Positions 27,834 to 38,208 of a stretch of DNA of 64,000 nucleotides are shown one piece after another. The notes beneath the pieces are model-generated. The model was not told where the DNA came from. It saw only the letters and a list, made by a program, of their open reading frames with translations, and did not search any database. Numbering within the stretch: the first letter of the stretch is position 1; every line of letters begins with the position of its first letter. This stretch comes from Candidatus Hydrogenedens sp. (lineage in GTDB: Bacteria; Hydrogenedentota; Hydrogenedentia; Hydrogenedentales; Hydrogenedentaceae): NCBI GenBank assembly GCA_049968235.1, contig JBMFRC010000008.1, positions 64,001-128,000 on the forward strand, written 5' to 3'. A program made the position numbers and the translations under genes.

Positions 27834-29840
27834 TTATTGGGGGGTAAGTTTTAATAAAGCGACACCATGACGGGGAATAGATGTGGAGAAACCTTTTTGG
27901 TAAACTCCCAAATCCTTTTGTCTCCATAAATCCCTGACTTTTTGATTTTCTACCAGTCCCAATTCCTTCCATTGTACGGCTACATTTTGTTCAATCTCAT
28001 CCAGATTAAACAAACCTATAGCAGTGGAACCATCGAAAAGTGACTTTAACCATATTTCATAACATTTTTCTTTATTAATAATTATAGGATGTCCTTGAAT
28101 ACCCTTTGAATCCTGATTAATTTCGATAACTTCAGGATTACAGAGCACATTTTTTGTAAATTCATCCAATCGAGTCATATCTCCACTATAAAAAAGAGGA
28201 GAAGCCATAAGACACCATAAAGACATGTAAGAATATTGTTCACTAGGAGTTAGGGGGCAGGATTTAGGCTCACCCATCACACTGGCATCTCCGCTATAAC
28301 CGATGAGAATATAATCTGGGTCATTCCATGCACCGGGACCTGCATATTCCCAGTATCGAGCGTTTCTGCGTGCGACCTCATGATATTGTAATAACTCAAA
28401 ACCGAGGTCGCCCGCTGTTCGCCAGCAATTTCCACCCACTTCTTTACCCCATTTCCAGACCTGTCCCATACCATACTGACACAAGTTAAAGACAATATCG
28501 CGGTCTAATTTCTTTAAGATAACTCCCATTTCTCTATAAGGTTTCTTTAGATTCTCAATTTTTTTTGGGGATAGGATATCTGTATAAGAACACCAGTCAT
28601 ATTTCAAAAAATCGAAACCCCAGTCTGCAAATTGTTTGGCATCTTGTTCCTCATGTCCATAGGTTCCTGTAAAGCCAGCACAGGTTTTAGGTCCCGGTGA
28701 GGTATATATGCCTGCACGAAGCCCTTTAGAATGAATATATGCCGTTAATCCCTTCATATCAGGAAAGTATTTGTTGGGTAGAATATTCCCACTATCATCT
28801 CGTGCAGGACCGACACGCATCGGGTCACGATGATTTTCTGCATTTGCCCAGCAATCGTCAATACTTACATACTGGTAACCTACATCTGCCATACCGGATG
28901 AAACCATCAGGTCCGCAGATTGTTTCATTATATCCTCCGTAATTCTATCGTAATGTGTATACCAATGATTCCAGCCCATTGGGGGTGTTAATGCCAGTGT
29001 ATCTCCAACCACAATATTTAAATAATTCTGGTCGCTACCATATTGGTTTTGTGCCACGATTTTAACTGTATAGTTCTTCGGTTCACGACTTATAATAGTC
29101 CCATGTATAATTCCATCCGGGTCCACCGTTAATCCTTCAGGTAAACCTTCTAATTGAAACTGTATAGGTCTTTCTCCTGTACAGGGAATACGGAATATAA
29201 AAGGAGAGCCTGGTCGAACACCCGTAACACGCGGGCTATTTATTCTCGGAGAACGAGCGGGTGTCGGAGTAAGAATATAAGTTTCCTCTTCTGGTTTCAT
29301 TACAAGTTCTGGTTTTCTCTCTGTCATTATAAAAACCGCTTCTGCTATATCGACATGGTCATAAGAAATATCATCATAAGCATCATTAATAGAAATAGTG
29401 AAATAGGATATTCCCCGTAAATCAATAGAAACTTTTTCGGGTTCTTCTCCTCCTTTAAAAGTTCGCGTTGCATATAACAATTTGTTATCACCAAAAAATC
29501 GGGCGATTATAGACCCATTCCCTTCTGTTTCATCATCAACTCCTATAATGGCTTCAAATTTTGATGCATAACCATTGAGTTGAACATAGAAAACCACATT
29601 TGCATGTGTGCCAACACCACGATTATATATTGTTCCATGTAATTTTATCGGATTTCCCTGACAGGATAGATTTTTTTTAGGATGTTCTGCCCAGCCTTGT
29701 TTAACAATTTTCAAGTTCAGGTCATCTAAATATGTTATAGCCTCCTCGCAGTAACTATTCCATATACAAAAAAACGCAATACAAATTACAGAGATGAATA
29801 CAAATAGATGGAACTTGAAATTTGATGGAGCAAAAAACAT
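27834..29840 (-). CDS. Secreted GH27 alpha-galactosidase/alpha-N-acetylgalactosaminidase with an N-terminal NPCBM-like domain
   Basis: Signal peptide. GH27 blocks are PPMGWNHWY, GYQYVSIDDCWA, LKYDWCS (nucleophile Asp) and AWNDPDYILIG (acid/base). The N-terminal ~200 aa resemble an NPCBM carbohydrate-binding module. Confidence 0.8.
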   Translation of the reverse strand: MFFAPSNFKFHLFVFISVICIAFFCIWNSYCEEAITYLDDLNLKIVKQGWAEHPKKNLSCQGNPIKLHGTIYNRGVGTHANVVFYVQLNGYASKFEAIIGVDDETEGNGSIIARFFGDNKLLYATRTFKGGEEPEKVSIDLRGISYFTISINDAYDDISYDHVDIAEAVFIMTERKPELVMKPEEETYILTPTPARSPRINSPRVTGVRPGSPFIFRIPCTGERPIQFQLEGLPEGLTVDPDGIIHGTIISREPKNYTVKIVAQNQYGSDQNYLNIVVGDTLALTPPMGWNHWYTHYDRITEDIMKQSADLMVSSGMADVGYQYVSIDDCWANAENHRDPMRVGPARDDSGNILPNKYFPDMKGLTAYIHSKGLRAGIYTSPGPKTCAGFTGTYGHEEQDAKQFADWGFDFLKYDWCSYTDILSPKKIENLKKPYREMGVILKKLDRDIVFNLCQYGMGQVWKWGKEVGGNCWRTAGDLGFELLQYHEVARRNARYWEYAGPGAWNDPDYILIGYSGDASVMGEPKSCPLTPSEQYSYMSLWCLMASPLFYSGDMTRLDEFTKNVLCNPEVIEINQDSKGIQGHPIIINKEKCYEIWLKSLFDGSTAIGLFNLDEIEQNVAVQWKELGLVENQKVRDLWRQKDLGVYQKGFSTSIPRHGVALLKLTPQ

Positions 29841-29866
29841 CTAATTTTCCTTTTATCTAAAAATAT

Positions 29867-30343
29867 TTATTTCGAATTGTTCTTACATGAAGTTCCTGTA
29901 TGTCCAAAACCACCGGGTCCACGATTGGATGATGGTAGCGTAGGAACAGGTTCCCATTGCACACGTGATACAGGTGCAACAATCATTTGGGCTATACGGT
30001 CTCCCCGCTTAATATGGAAAGGTTCCTGTCCCCAGTTTATGAGGATAACACAGATTTCTCCCCGATAGTCAGAATCAATGGTTCCGGGTGAATTCGGCAT
30101 GCCAATACCATATTTAATCGATAGACCGCTTCTTGGACGTATTTGTGCTTCATATCCCGGAGGAAGTGCTATTCTAATACCTGTCGGAATTAATTTCCGC
30201 TCCCCCGGCATAAGAACAATTTCTTCTTTTATGACTGCATGGAGGTCCATTCCTGCTGATTCTTCTGTTTGATACTCGGGCAAAGAAATATCTTCCGTGC
30301 CGGGTTCACGATAGATTTTTACCTTAACAATATTCTCTGACAT
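29867..30343 (-). CDS. dut: dUTP diphosphatase
   Basis: [26 protein letters not shown] and GDRIAQMI are the five dUTPase motifs. The start is set at the internal Met (codon 30341-30343), giving 158 aa; the longer ORF-track start at 30481 overlaps the upstream gene. Confidence 0.9.
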   Translation of the reverse strand: MSENIVKVKIYREPGTEDISLPEYQTEESAGMDLHAVIKEEIVLMPGERKLIPTGIRIALPPGYEAQIRPRSGLSIKYGIGMPNSPGTIDSDYRGEICVILINWGQEPFHIKRGDRIAQMIVAPVSRVQWEPVPTLPSSNRGPGGFGHTGTSCKNNSK

Positions 30344-30417
30344 AGCAATACTTACTTTCGTTAAATGATTTTTTAACCGATTAATTTTAACATAAAAATT
30401 TTTTTCACATAGAAGTG

Positions 30418-31302
30418 TTAATTTTGTGTGCATTCGGATTCTAATTGAGCAATTCGGTCTGGATAATCCGATAATATCCAATCCACTTCCGAAAAAATAT
30501 ACTTTTTTATATCCTCAGATTTGTTTACCGTGAATACAAGGATTTGAATCCCCTTTTCTTTTATTTTTTTCATTTCTTCAGGGGTTATCTTAAAATTTTC
30601 TGCCATTTTTTCATTGATGGCTAACATTTGAGCAGGAGGTGTGTAATTTGACCAATTCTTACTTCGTAATGCAGACAAAAAACTAAGGGCATCAGAAACT
30701 GTAAAACAAGTTTTAATTTGAGGGTATTCTTTTCTTATTTTTTCAATTACTTGTGGATGAACCGATGCGAGATAAACTCTGTCCTGCATATTTCGACTGA
30801 TAATAGGTTCAACAATAGGTGCGAGGTCTTCTGTAAACGGTTTTATTTCAAACAAAAACATGTGCTCTGGAAATGCTTCCAATACTTCGTTCAGAGTTGG
30901 AACCGTAATTCCCTTACCACGAAATGGAAAAGTTTGCCCTCCATCATTAGAAAATCGGTATCCTGCATCTAACTCTTTAATTTCCTTCAAGGTTTTTTCT
31001 TTAACGGGACCCTGCCCATTGGTTGTACGGTCCACAGTAGTATCATGCATAAGAATAGCAACATTATCCGCTGTAATCTGAACATCTCCCTCTAACAAAA
31101 AATTCCTCCAACAAGAAACCGCTTGCTGATAAGCATAAAGAGTATTTTCAGGTAATAAAGCCTTACCCCCACGATGTGCAGCAACTTTTGTTTTACAGAA
31201 TTTATCCTGTGTAAGTTTTTCATCATTATTCCCAAAAGATACTATCGTATAAATACAAAGGAACAAAAGTGTTAAAAATAAAATAAGATGAGTTCTATTC
31301 AT
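30418..31302 (-). CDS. Glycerophosphodiester phosphodiesterase family protein, secreted
   Basis: Signal peptide, VAAHRGG...PENTL and [27 protein letters not shown] are GDPD signatures. Confidence 0.8.
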   Translation of the reverse strand: MNRTHLILFLTLLFLCIYTIVSFGNNDEKLTQDKFCKTKVAAHRGGKALLPENTLYAYQQAVSCWRNFLLEGDVQITADNVAILMHDTTVDRTTNGQGPVKEKTLKEIKELDAGYRFSNDGGQTFPFRGKGITVPTLNEVLEAFPEHMFLFEIKPFTEDLAPIVEPIISRNMQDRVYLASVHPQVIEKIRKEYPQIKTCFTVSDALSFLSALRSKNWSNYTPPAQMLAINEKMAENFKITPEEMKKIKEKGIQILVFTVNKSEDIKKYIFSEVDWILSDYPDRIAQLESECTQN

Positions 31303-31410
31303 AATACAAAACCTCGTTTTTGATTATATTGACAAAAAAACCGTAAACTAAGTTTCATGATAAAATATATGTATACTAAGTGCAAATAACAAATTGGAAA
31401 GGAGTTTACT

Positions 31411-32235
31411 ATGGAACAGTGGTTCAGTAATCAGGTGGTAATTGTTACAGGTGCAGGAAGAGGGATTGGTTTTTCAACTGCTAAATTGTTCGCTCAATAT
31501 GGAGCCAGCGTGGTGATTAATGATTATGACGCAAACTGTGCCGATAATGCGGCTTGCGAACTCAAAAATGCAGGATACAAAGTATTGTCCGTTCCCGGAG
31601 ATGTAACCGACCCGCAATATCCAGACATGCTAATGAAAAAGACCGTAGAAACTTTTGGTAAGGTGAATGTAATTGTAAACAATGCGGGGTATACATGGGA
31701 TGGCATGATACATAAAATGAGTGATAAACAATACATGGCAATGTTAGAAATTCATAATGTTGCTCCCTTCCGTATCATACGAGCAGCTTCTCCTTATATG
31801 CGTGAAGTAGCCAAGCAAGAAAAAGCAGAAGGTAAAACACCAGAACCGAGAAGTATTGTCAATGTTTCTTCTCTTTCTGGCTTACATGGAAATACCGGGC
31901 AAGCCAATTATAGCACTGCTAAAAGCGGTATTGTGGGTTTAACAAAGACAGTAGCAAAGGAATGGGGACCATTTGGTATTCGTTGCAATGCAGTGGCGTT
32001 TGGTTTTATCGAGACGCGTTTAACCCAGGACCAGGAAAGTGGTGAACAAATAGAAGTAGAAGGTGAAAAAGTGCAATTGGGTATTCCATCGCATATGAAA
32101 GGAATGATAACCATGCTTATACCGTTAGGAAGACCCGGAACGCCAGACGAAGCAGCAGGAGCCATCGTTTTTCTTGCATCACCTCTGGCTTCATATATAA
32201 CAGGTATTTGTCTTGAAGTTACAGGAGGATTATAA
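31411..32235 (+). CDS. SDR family NAD(P)-dependent oxidoreductase (3-oxoacyl-ACP reductase-like)
   Basis: TGAGRGIG Rossmann motif, NNAG, and the YSTAKSG active-site YxxxK. Confidence 0.85.
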   Translation: MEQWFSNQVVIVTGAGRGIGFSTAKLFAQYGASVVINDYDANCADNAACELKNAGYKVLSVPGDVTDPQYPDMLMKKTVETFGKVNVIVNNAGYTWDGMIHKMSDKQYMAMLEIHNVAPFRIIRAASPYMREVAKQEKAEGKTPEPRSIVNVSSLSGLHGNTGQANYSTAKSGIVGLTKTVAKEWGPFGIRCNAVAFGFIETRLTQDQESGEQIEVEGEKVQLGIPSHMKGMITMLIPLGRPGTPDEAAGAIVFLASPLASYITGICLEVTGGL

Positions 32236-32243
32236 GTTTAATA

Positions 32244-34328
32244 ATGATTCTTCGTGACAACATACAACTGGTTCGAACTATTCCTGAACGGTGTCGTATT
32301 TGTTACACATGCGTTCGAGAATGTCCTGCTAAGGCTATTCGTGTGGTCCATGGACAGGCAGAAGTTATCCGTGAACGATGCATCGGTTGTGGAAATTGTG
32401 TAAAGGTCTGTAGTCAGCGTGCAAAAGAAATATATAGCCCGATTGAGAATGTTTTGCAATTATTAAAAGATAACAAACCATGTGTTGCGTTATTAGCACC
32501 GAGCTTCCCAGCAGAATTTACAGAGTGTTCTCCACATAAACTATGTTCTATCTTAAAACGATTTGGCTTTACCTATGTAGTAGAAGTAGGCTCAGGAGCC
32601 GACCTCGTTTCACGAGCCTACCGTCAATTATTAGCAGAAAATCCATCGCGTTCCTATATTGCCACGACCTGTCCTGCGGTTGTCGCATACATCGAACGAT
32701 ATTTTCCTCAATTAATTCCATTTTTAGCTCCGATAGTATCACCAATGGTGGCTACTGCAAGAGCAGTCCGACGCATGTATGGAACGAATTTGTCCGTTGT
32801 GTTCATTGGTCCATGTATTGCCAAAAAAGGTGAAGCCCAATCCGAAGCATTAAGTGATGAAGTAACAGAAGTCCTTACTTTTTCGGAAATGAGACAAATT
32901 TTAGATATGCACCTTCCGGAATGGGAACAGATTAATGAAGAACAAAACTTCGACCCACCCATTTCCGGTCCGGGAAGCCTATTCCCTATAAGTCGCGGTC
33001 TAATACAATCCGCTTCAATTCCTGAAGATTTAACAACAGATAATGTTATTGTTGCGGAAGGTAGGTCAGATTTTGTAGAAGCAATAAGGGAATTTGACGA
33101 AGGACAATGCCGTCCCAATCTTTTGGAGATTTTAGCCTGTGAAGGTTGTATTATGGGACCCGGCTATTCCCAAAAAGCAACACTATACCGTAGACGAACT
33201 TATGTAAGCCAGTATGTTCGTGATAAACTTAAACATATTGATTGGCAGTTATGGCGGCAACAAATAGCCCTATTAGCACAAATCAACATGTCTCGTAAAT
33301 ATATCCCTTATGCACAACGAACTCCCGAACCTACCCCTTCACAAATCGAAGATATTATGCATAATCTGGGTAAATTTAAACCTGAAGATGAATTGAATTG
33401 CGGTGCATGCGGTTATGACACTTGCATGGAACATGCTATTGCTATATATCACGGACTGGCACAAACAGAAATGTGTCTGCCTTTTACTATTCAACGGTTA
33501 AGAGAAACTATCCAGAATCTTGCAGAATCCAATGAAAAACTGGAAAAAACGCAGGAAACTCTTATGCAAACAGAAAAACTTGCAAGTATTGGACAACTTG
33601 CCGCAGGAATTGCTCATGAACTAAACAATCCGTTAGGTGTTGTGCTTATGTATGCACATCTTCTCCTGGATGAATATGGAACAGAAGAATCTTTGAAAGA
33701 AGATTTAAAGATGATTGCTACCCAGGCAGACCGCTGTAAGCGAATTGTCTCCGGACTACTTCATTTTGCAAGACAGAATAAAATCTCGATAGAAACAACA
33801 AATATACCCAGGTTGATAGAACATGCATGCAAGCTGGTTATTATTCCATCTAATATTCAGTTAAAAATAGCAGACCATATGCGAAATCCAATAGCAGAAT
33901 TGGATAAAGAACAAATTACGCAGGTACTTACAAATCTAATAACCAATGCAATACAGGCGATGCCCAATGGTGGAACCTTAACCTTAATTACCGAAGATGC
34001 ACCTGACGAAATTTATATAACTGTTGAAGATACCGGTACGGGTATCCCTAAGGAAAACCTGCCCAAAATATTTGAGCCATTCTTTACCACAAAAGAAATG
34101 GGAAAAGGAACCGGAATGGGGCTTGCGATTACTTATGGAATTATAAAGATGCATCGTGGACAAATTACCGTAGAATCCAATGATAATCCTAAAGATGGAC
34201 CTACGGGCACCCATTTCTACATTTCATTACCCCGATATGTAAGTTCTATCAATGGGATTAAGGAAGTCGACATTAAAGAATGGTTTCACGAAGCAGAAAT
34301 GATAGAGGATATGTCAAAACCTTCATAA
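32244..34328 (+). CDS. Sensor histidine kinase with an N-terminal sensory [FeFe]-hydrogenase-like (HydS-type) domain
   Basis: Two ferredoxin motifs ([23 protein letters not shown]). H-domain motifs are L1 ATTCP (Cys at 32670-32672), L2 GPCIAKKGE (32814) and L3 [13 protein letters not shown] (33138). A Cx2Cx4Cx16C motif lies at 33399-33476. Then His[12 protein letters not shown] and HATPase DTGTGIP...[10 protein letters not shown]. Confidence 0.75.
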   Translation: MILRDNIQLVRTIPERCRICYTCVRECPAKAIRVVHGQAEVIRERCIGCGNCVKVCSQRAKEIYSPIENVLQLLKDNKPCVALLAPSFPAEFTECSPHKLCSILKRFGFTYVVEVGSGADLVSRAYRQLLAENPSRSYIATTCPAVVAYIERYFPQLIPFLAPIVSPMVATARAVRRMYGTNLSVVFIGPCIAKKGEAQSEALSDEVTEVLTFSEMRQILDMHLPEWEQINEEQNFDPPISGPGSLFPISRGLIQSASIPEDLTTDNVIVAEGRSDFVEAIREFDEGQCRPNLLEILACEGCIMGPGYSQKATLYRRRTYVSQYVRDKLKHIDWQLWRQQIALLAQINMSRKYIPYAQRTPEPTPSQIEDIMHNLGKFKPEDELNCGACGYDTCMEHAIAIYHGLAQTEMCLPFTIQRLRETIQNLAESNEKLEKTQETLMQTEKLASIGQLAAGIAHELNNPLGVVLMYAHLLLDEYGTEESLKEDLKMIATQADRCKRIVSGLLHFARQNKISIETTNIPRLIEHACKLVIIPSNIQLKIADHMRNPIAELDKEQITQVLTNLITNAIQAMPNGGTLTLITEDAPDEIYITVEDTGTGIPKENLPKIFEPFFTTKEMGKGTGMGLAITYGIIKMHRGQITVESNDNPKDGPTGTHFYISLPRYVSSINGIKEVDIKEWFHEAEMIEDMSKPS

Positions 34329-34351
34329 ATAATTAAGCGAGCAAGTAGTGT

Positions 34352-35518
34352 ATGAAGCAAGAAGTATTTCGTGTACTGGTTGTTGATGATGAACCCGGCA
34401 TTCGTATTGGTGTCTCCCGTGTGCTCCAGAACTATTCCATTGAAATGCCAGAAGTAGAAACAAAAACATTATTTGAAGTAGAAGTTGTAGAAACCGCAGA
34501 AGAAGCTATCGAAAAAATTAAAGCAAAGCCTCCCCATATTCTACTGTTAGATAATAAACTTCCCGGAATGAGTGGGCTTGAAGCACTGGAAAAAATTGTT
34601 GCTATGAAACTATTGGAAACTTATACTGTTGTAATAACCGCATATGCCTCAATAGGAACCGCCGTTAAAGCCACAAAACATGGTGCCTATGATTTCTTAC
34701 CCAAACCTTTTACTCCAACAGACCTTAAAAATACGATTCATAAAGTAGTAAAACAATTAATCGTGGAACGCAAAGCGAGAGAATTAGCCAATGAGAAAAA
34801 ACGGATTCGGTTTGAATTTATATCATTACTTGCCCATGAACTTAAAGCCCCTATAAACGCAGTAGATGGTTATTTAAGAATTATAAAAGATATGAACATT
34901 GCGGATAATCCCCAACTCTGTCAGGACCTTGTAGAACGCTGTCTTATTCGAAATGAATATATGCGGAAAATGATTAATGACCTATTAGACTTAACAAGAA
35001 TTGAATCCGGACAAAAGGTAAGGAATATTGAAGAGGTCAATTTAAAAGATATCGCCCAAATGTCTATCGAAACATCGCAGGTAGAAGCACAAAAACGAAA
35101 TATTACTATGACCCTTCATGCGGACGGACCAATCATGATAAAAGCAGACCAAAATGAAATGGAGATTATCCTCAATAATCTGGTGTCCAATGCAGTGAAG
35201 TATAACAAAGACAACGGTAAAGTTGATGTCTTTTTATCCCGGGAAGGGGATAAGATTATATTACAGGTGAAGGACACCGGTATCGGAATGACTCCCGATG
35301 AATGTTCGCGTCTATTTCAGGATTTCGTCCGTATACGGAATAAAAAAACCGAGTCTATTTTAGGGAGTGGACTGGGCTTGTCTACAGTAAAAAAATTAGC
35401 ACAAATCTATGGAGGTGATGTATCTGTCCGTAGTACTCCTGATGAGGGAAGCACCTTTACTGTTGAATTACACGATTATGAAGAACCTGCGGAAAAACCT
35501 TCCATAATGGCAACTTAA
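34352..35518 (+). CDS. Hybrid response-regulator receiver/histidine kinase (REC-HisKA-HATPase_c)
   Basis: REC: VLVVDDEPGIR, phospho-acceptor D in LLLDNKLPGMSG, and TAYAS...KPF. HisKA: LLAHELKAPINAV. HATPase: DTGIGMTPDE...GSGLGLSTV. Confidence 0.8.
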   Translation: MKQEVFRVLVVDDEPGIRIGVSRVLQNYSIEMPEVETKTLFEVEVVETAEEAIEKIKAKPPHILLLDNKLPGMSGLEALEKIVAMKLLETYTVVITAYASIGTAVKATKHGAYDFLPKPFTPTDLKNTIHKVVKQLIVERKARELANEKKRIRFEFISLLAHELKAPINAVDGYLRIIKDMNIADNPQLCQDLVERCLIRNEYMRKMINDLLDLTRIESGQKVRNIEEVNLKDIAQMSIETSQVEAQKRNITMTLHADGPIMIKADQNEMEIILNNLVSNAVKYNKDNGKVDVFLSREGDKIILQVKDTGIGMTPDECSRLFQDFVRIRNKKTESILGSGLGLSTVKKLAQIYGGDVSVRSTPDEGSTFTVELHDYEEPAEKPSIMAT

Positions 35519-36255
35519 TACTTCTCTTTATTCTTTTGTCTTTGAACCAGATTCCTTATATAAGTAATTTCCGCAGGAGTTAAATACCGCCATTTCCCTG
35601 TACGTAAGTTTCCCAGGTTTATACCAGCAAAAGAGATTCTTTTCAGGGAGGTTAGGGGGAAACCCACTGAATCACACATTCTTTTTACTTCTCGTTTTCT
35701 TCCCTCATGAATGGTTAATTGAATGGTGGACGACTTCAAGTTTTGCCGTAAAACTTTCACTTGAGCAGGACTGGTTTTCCCATCTTCAAGCATAACACCT
35801 TGTTCCAACTTTTTTACAGCAATAGTCGTTATAAAACCTTTTACAACCACAATATAGGTTTTAGGAATTTCATTACTGGGATGTAGCAACTTATTTGCCA
35901 GTTCCCCATCATTTGTAAGGAGTAAAGCACCCTCAACATCCAGATCTAACCTTCCGACCGGGAATACTCTCACCTTCAGGTTTTTAATAAGGTCAATAAC
36001 CGTAGGTCTGCCAAATTCATCATTGGTGGTAGTTACATATCCCTTCGGTTTATTGAGCAAGATATATACTTTTTCGGGGATTTTTAAAGAAACAGGTTTA
36101 TTATCTAAAAAGACCCTATCCGTTTCAGGATTAATCTTTTGTCCCATAGAAGCGGGTAAACCGTTTACGGAAATTTTCCCTTCCTGAATAAAACGCTCAA
36201 TTACCCGTCGTGAACCGATACCACATTCCGCAAGATATTTCTGTAATCTGACCAA
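35515..36255 (-). CDS. rluB: RsuA/RluB-family 23S rRNA pseudouridine synthase (S4 domain plus catalytic domain)
   Basis: An S4 domain (LQKYLAECGIGSRR...GKISVNG) followed by the catalytic block VFPVGRLDLDVEGALLLTNDGELANKL. Confidence 0.8.
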   Translation of the reverse strand: MVRLQKYLAECGIGSRRVIERFIQEGKISVNGLPASMGQKINPETDRVFLDNKPVSLKIPEKVYILLNKPKGYVTTTNDEFGRPTVIDLIKNLKVRVFPVGRLDLDVEGALLLTNDGELANKLLHPSNEIPKTYIVVVKGFITTIAVKKLEQGVMLEDGKTSPAQVKVLRQNLKSSTIQLTIHEGRKREVKRMCDSVGFPLTSLKRISFAGINLGNLRTGKWRYLTPAEITYIRNLVQRQKNKEKY

Positions 36256-36259
36256 GGGA

Positions 36260-36895
36260 CTACCTGAACTCCTTTAATTCTTCGACATTAGGCAAATCCT
36301 GCAAACTATTTAGCCCGAACATAAGCAAGAATTCATCGGTGGTTCTGTAGAGTTTTGGTCTACCGGGAAGTTCGGATACACCACAAACGCGAATGAGATT
36401 GCGTTCCTGAAGTTGTTCAAAAGCGTGTGCAACAGATACTCCACGAATGGCTTCAACTTCAACACGAGTAATAGGTTGTTTATAGGCAATAATGGCTAAT
36501 GTTTCAAGTAATGCAGGAGACATTCGCCGTGTCTTTTTAACTTGCAGGAACTTACGGATAAACGGCGCAAATAAAGGACGCACAAGTAATTGGTAACCAC
36601 CAGCAATTTCTTTCAAAATATAAGGTAGATTGCTATCGTTTATCTCTGCTTTAATCTCTTCCAGCAAAGATTTTACCACTTCCGAATCTATATCCCCGAC
36701 TATTTCCGCAATACGACTGACACTTAACGGTTTATCACTAACAAAAAGCAGTGCATGTATGGCTTGTTTCGTCTGGTCTCGGTCAAGAGAAAAAAGGAGA
36801 ACTTCCTCCTCGTTCATTTCTTCTTCGGGAAAGGCATTTGCAGGAGAAATGTTATCTTCAAAAGGGTCATTATCAGCCCTTATTTCCATGTCCAT
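36260..36895 (-). CDS. scpB: Segregation and condensation protein B
   Basis: Winged-helix blocks AIHALLFVSDKPLSVSRIAEIVG and ALLETLAIIAYKQPITRVEVEAIRGV. Adjacency to rluB is a common arrangement. Confidence 0.8.
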   Translation of the reverse strand: MDMEIRADNDPFEDNISPANAFPEEEMNEEEVLLFSLDRDQTKQAIHALLFVSDKPLSVSRIAEIVGDIDSEVVKSLLEEIKAEINDSNLPYILKEIAGGYQLLVRPLFAPFIRKFLQVKKTRRMSPALLETLAIIAYKQPITRVEVEAIRGVSVAHAFEQLQERNLIRVCGVSELPGRPKLYRTTDEFLLMFGLNSLQDLPNVEELKEFR

Positions 36896-36931
36896 TTTGT
36901 TTATTTCTATCCTTAATTTCAGGGGGTTGTA

Positions 36932-37945
36932 TTATAGAGTCCTATCCATGATACCTACAAGCGGTTTTATTTCATTCATCAACTTTTCAAATGTTTCCAG
37001 TTTCAAAGATTGAGCACCATCCGACAACGCTTCTGCAGGATTGGGATGAACTTCTACAATAATACCATCCGCTCCTGCGGATACTGCCGCCCTTGACATT
37101 GGAATTACTAAATCCCATCTTCCACTGGCATGACTTGGGTCAATAACAACGGGTAAATGGGAGTATTTTTTTACCAGAGGAACAGCCTGAATATCAAGGG
37201 TATTCCGTGTTTCTGTTTCAAAGGTTCTAATTCCGCGTTCACACATAATTACATTAGGATTCCCTTCTGCAATAATATATTCAGCAGACATAAGCCACTC
37301 ATTAATTGTGGACATCATCCCCCGTTTTAACAATATCGGCTTAGTTAATTTGCCTACTGCCCGAAGAAGCCCATAATTCTGCATATTTCGAGCACCTATC
37401 TGTATAATATCCGCATAATCTGCTACTACAGGAACCTGTTCCACAGTCATGGCTTCCGTAACTACGGGCAGGTCATACTTTTCGGAAGCCTCTTTTAACA
37501 AACGTAACCCTTCCAGTTCCATACCCTGAAAACTATATGGTGATGTCCGGGGTTTATAAGCACCCCCTCGAAGAATATGGGCTCCACATTTCTTTACAAA
37601 CTCTGCAGTTTGCATAATCTGTTCACGGGACTCTACCGCACAGGGTCCTGCCATAATACAGAAAGATTTCGGTCCTATTCGGACTTTGCCAACTTGTATA
37701 ACACTATCTTCTTTTTTAACTTCGCGACTTGCTAATTTATAAGGTTTTAAGACAGGCATCACTTTTTCTACATGGGGTAATGCCTCTAATGCTAAAACCC
37801 CCTGTAGAATCCGCTCATCACCAATTACTGCTATAACTGTTTTTTCAACACCCTCAAGAACATGGGGTTTTAGCCCTAATTCTTCGACACGGGTTACAAC
37901 ATAAGATACATCTTCGGGTTTTCTACTTGCCATTACTATAATCAT
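36932..37945 (-). CDS. 3-deoxy-7-phosphoheptulonate (DAHP) synthase, class I-beta, with an N-terminal ferredoxin-like regulatory domain
   Basis: GPCAVES...[18 protein letters not shown] and [11 protein letters not shown] are the KDO8PS/DAHPS I-beta core blocks. A ~70 aa ACT/ferredoxin-like N-terminal extension is present, as in Thermotoga-type enzymes. Confidence 0.8.
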   Translation of the reverse strand: MIIVMASRKPEDVSYVVTRVEELGLKPHVLEGVEKTVIAVIGDERILQGVLALEALPHVEKVMPVLKPYKLASREVKKEDSVIQVGKVRIGPKSFCIMAGPCAVESREQIMQTAEFVKKCGAHILRGGAYKPRTSPYSFQGMELEGLRLLKEASEKYDLPVVTEAMTVEQVPVVADYADIIQIGARNMQNYGLLRAVGKLTKPILLKRGMMSTINEWLMSAEYIIAEGNPNVIMCERGIRTFETETRNTLDIQAVPLVKKYSHLPVVIDPSHASGRWDLVIPMSRAAVSAGADGIIVEVHPNPAEALSDGAQSLKLETFEKLMNEIKPLVGIMDRTL

Positions 37946-38208
37946 GACTTGCTTCCTTCCAACTTGATTAACTAATTTAACTATATCAAATATATTTCCG
38001 GGGGTCTATATTTCTGTCCCAATTTGGGATTATATAATACCTTTTTTAAGGTTTAATCTTCAATATCCAATTCTATAAAGCACTGTTATTTTCAACCCAT
38101 TTACTCTTTTATATTTCTCTATTCCTCATAAAAAATACATCTTATAGATGACCTAAATGTCAATATTTAAAGGATAACTTCTTTTTCGTGTGTTTATATT
38201 TTGTATTA

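Noticed and set aside
29867-30481. The 204-aa version of the dut ORF, starting at 30481.
   Set aside because: The extra 46 N-terminal residues have no dUTPase homology and overlap the upstream GDPD gene by 64 nt. The internal Met at 30341-30343 gives a canonical 158-aa dUTPase.
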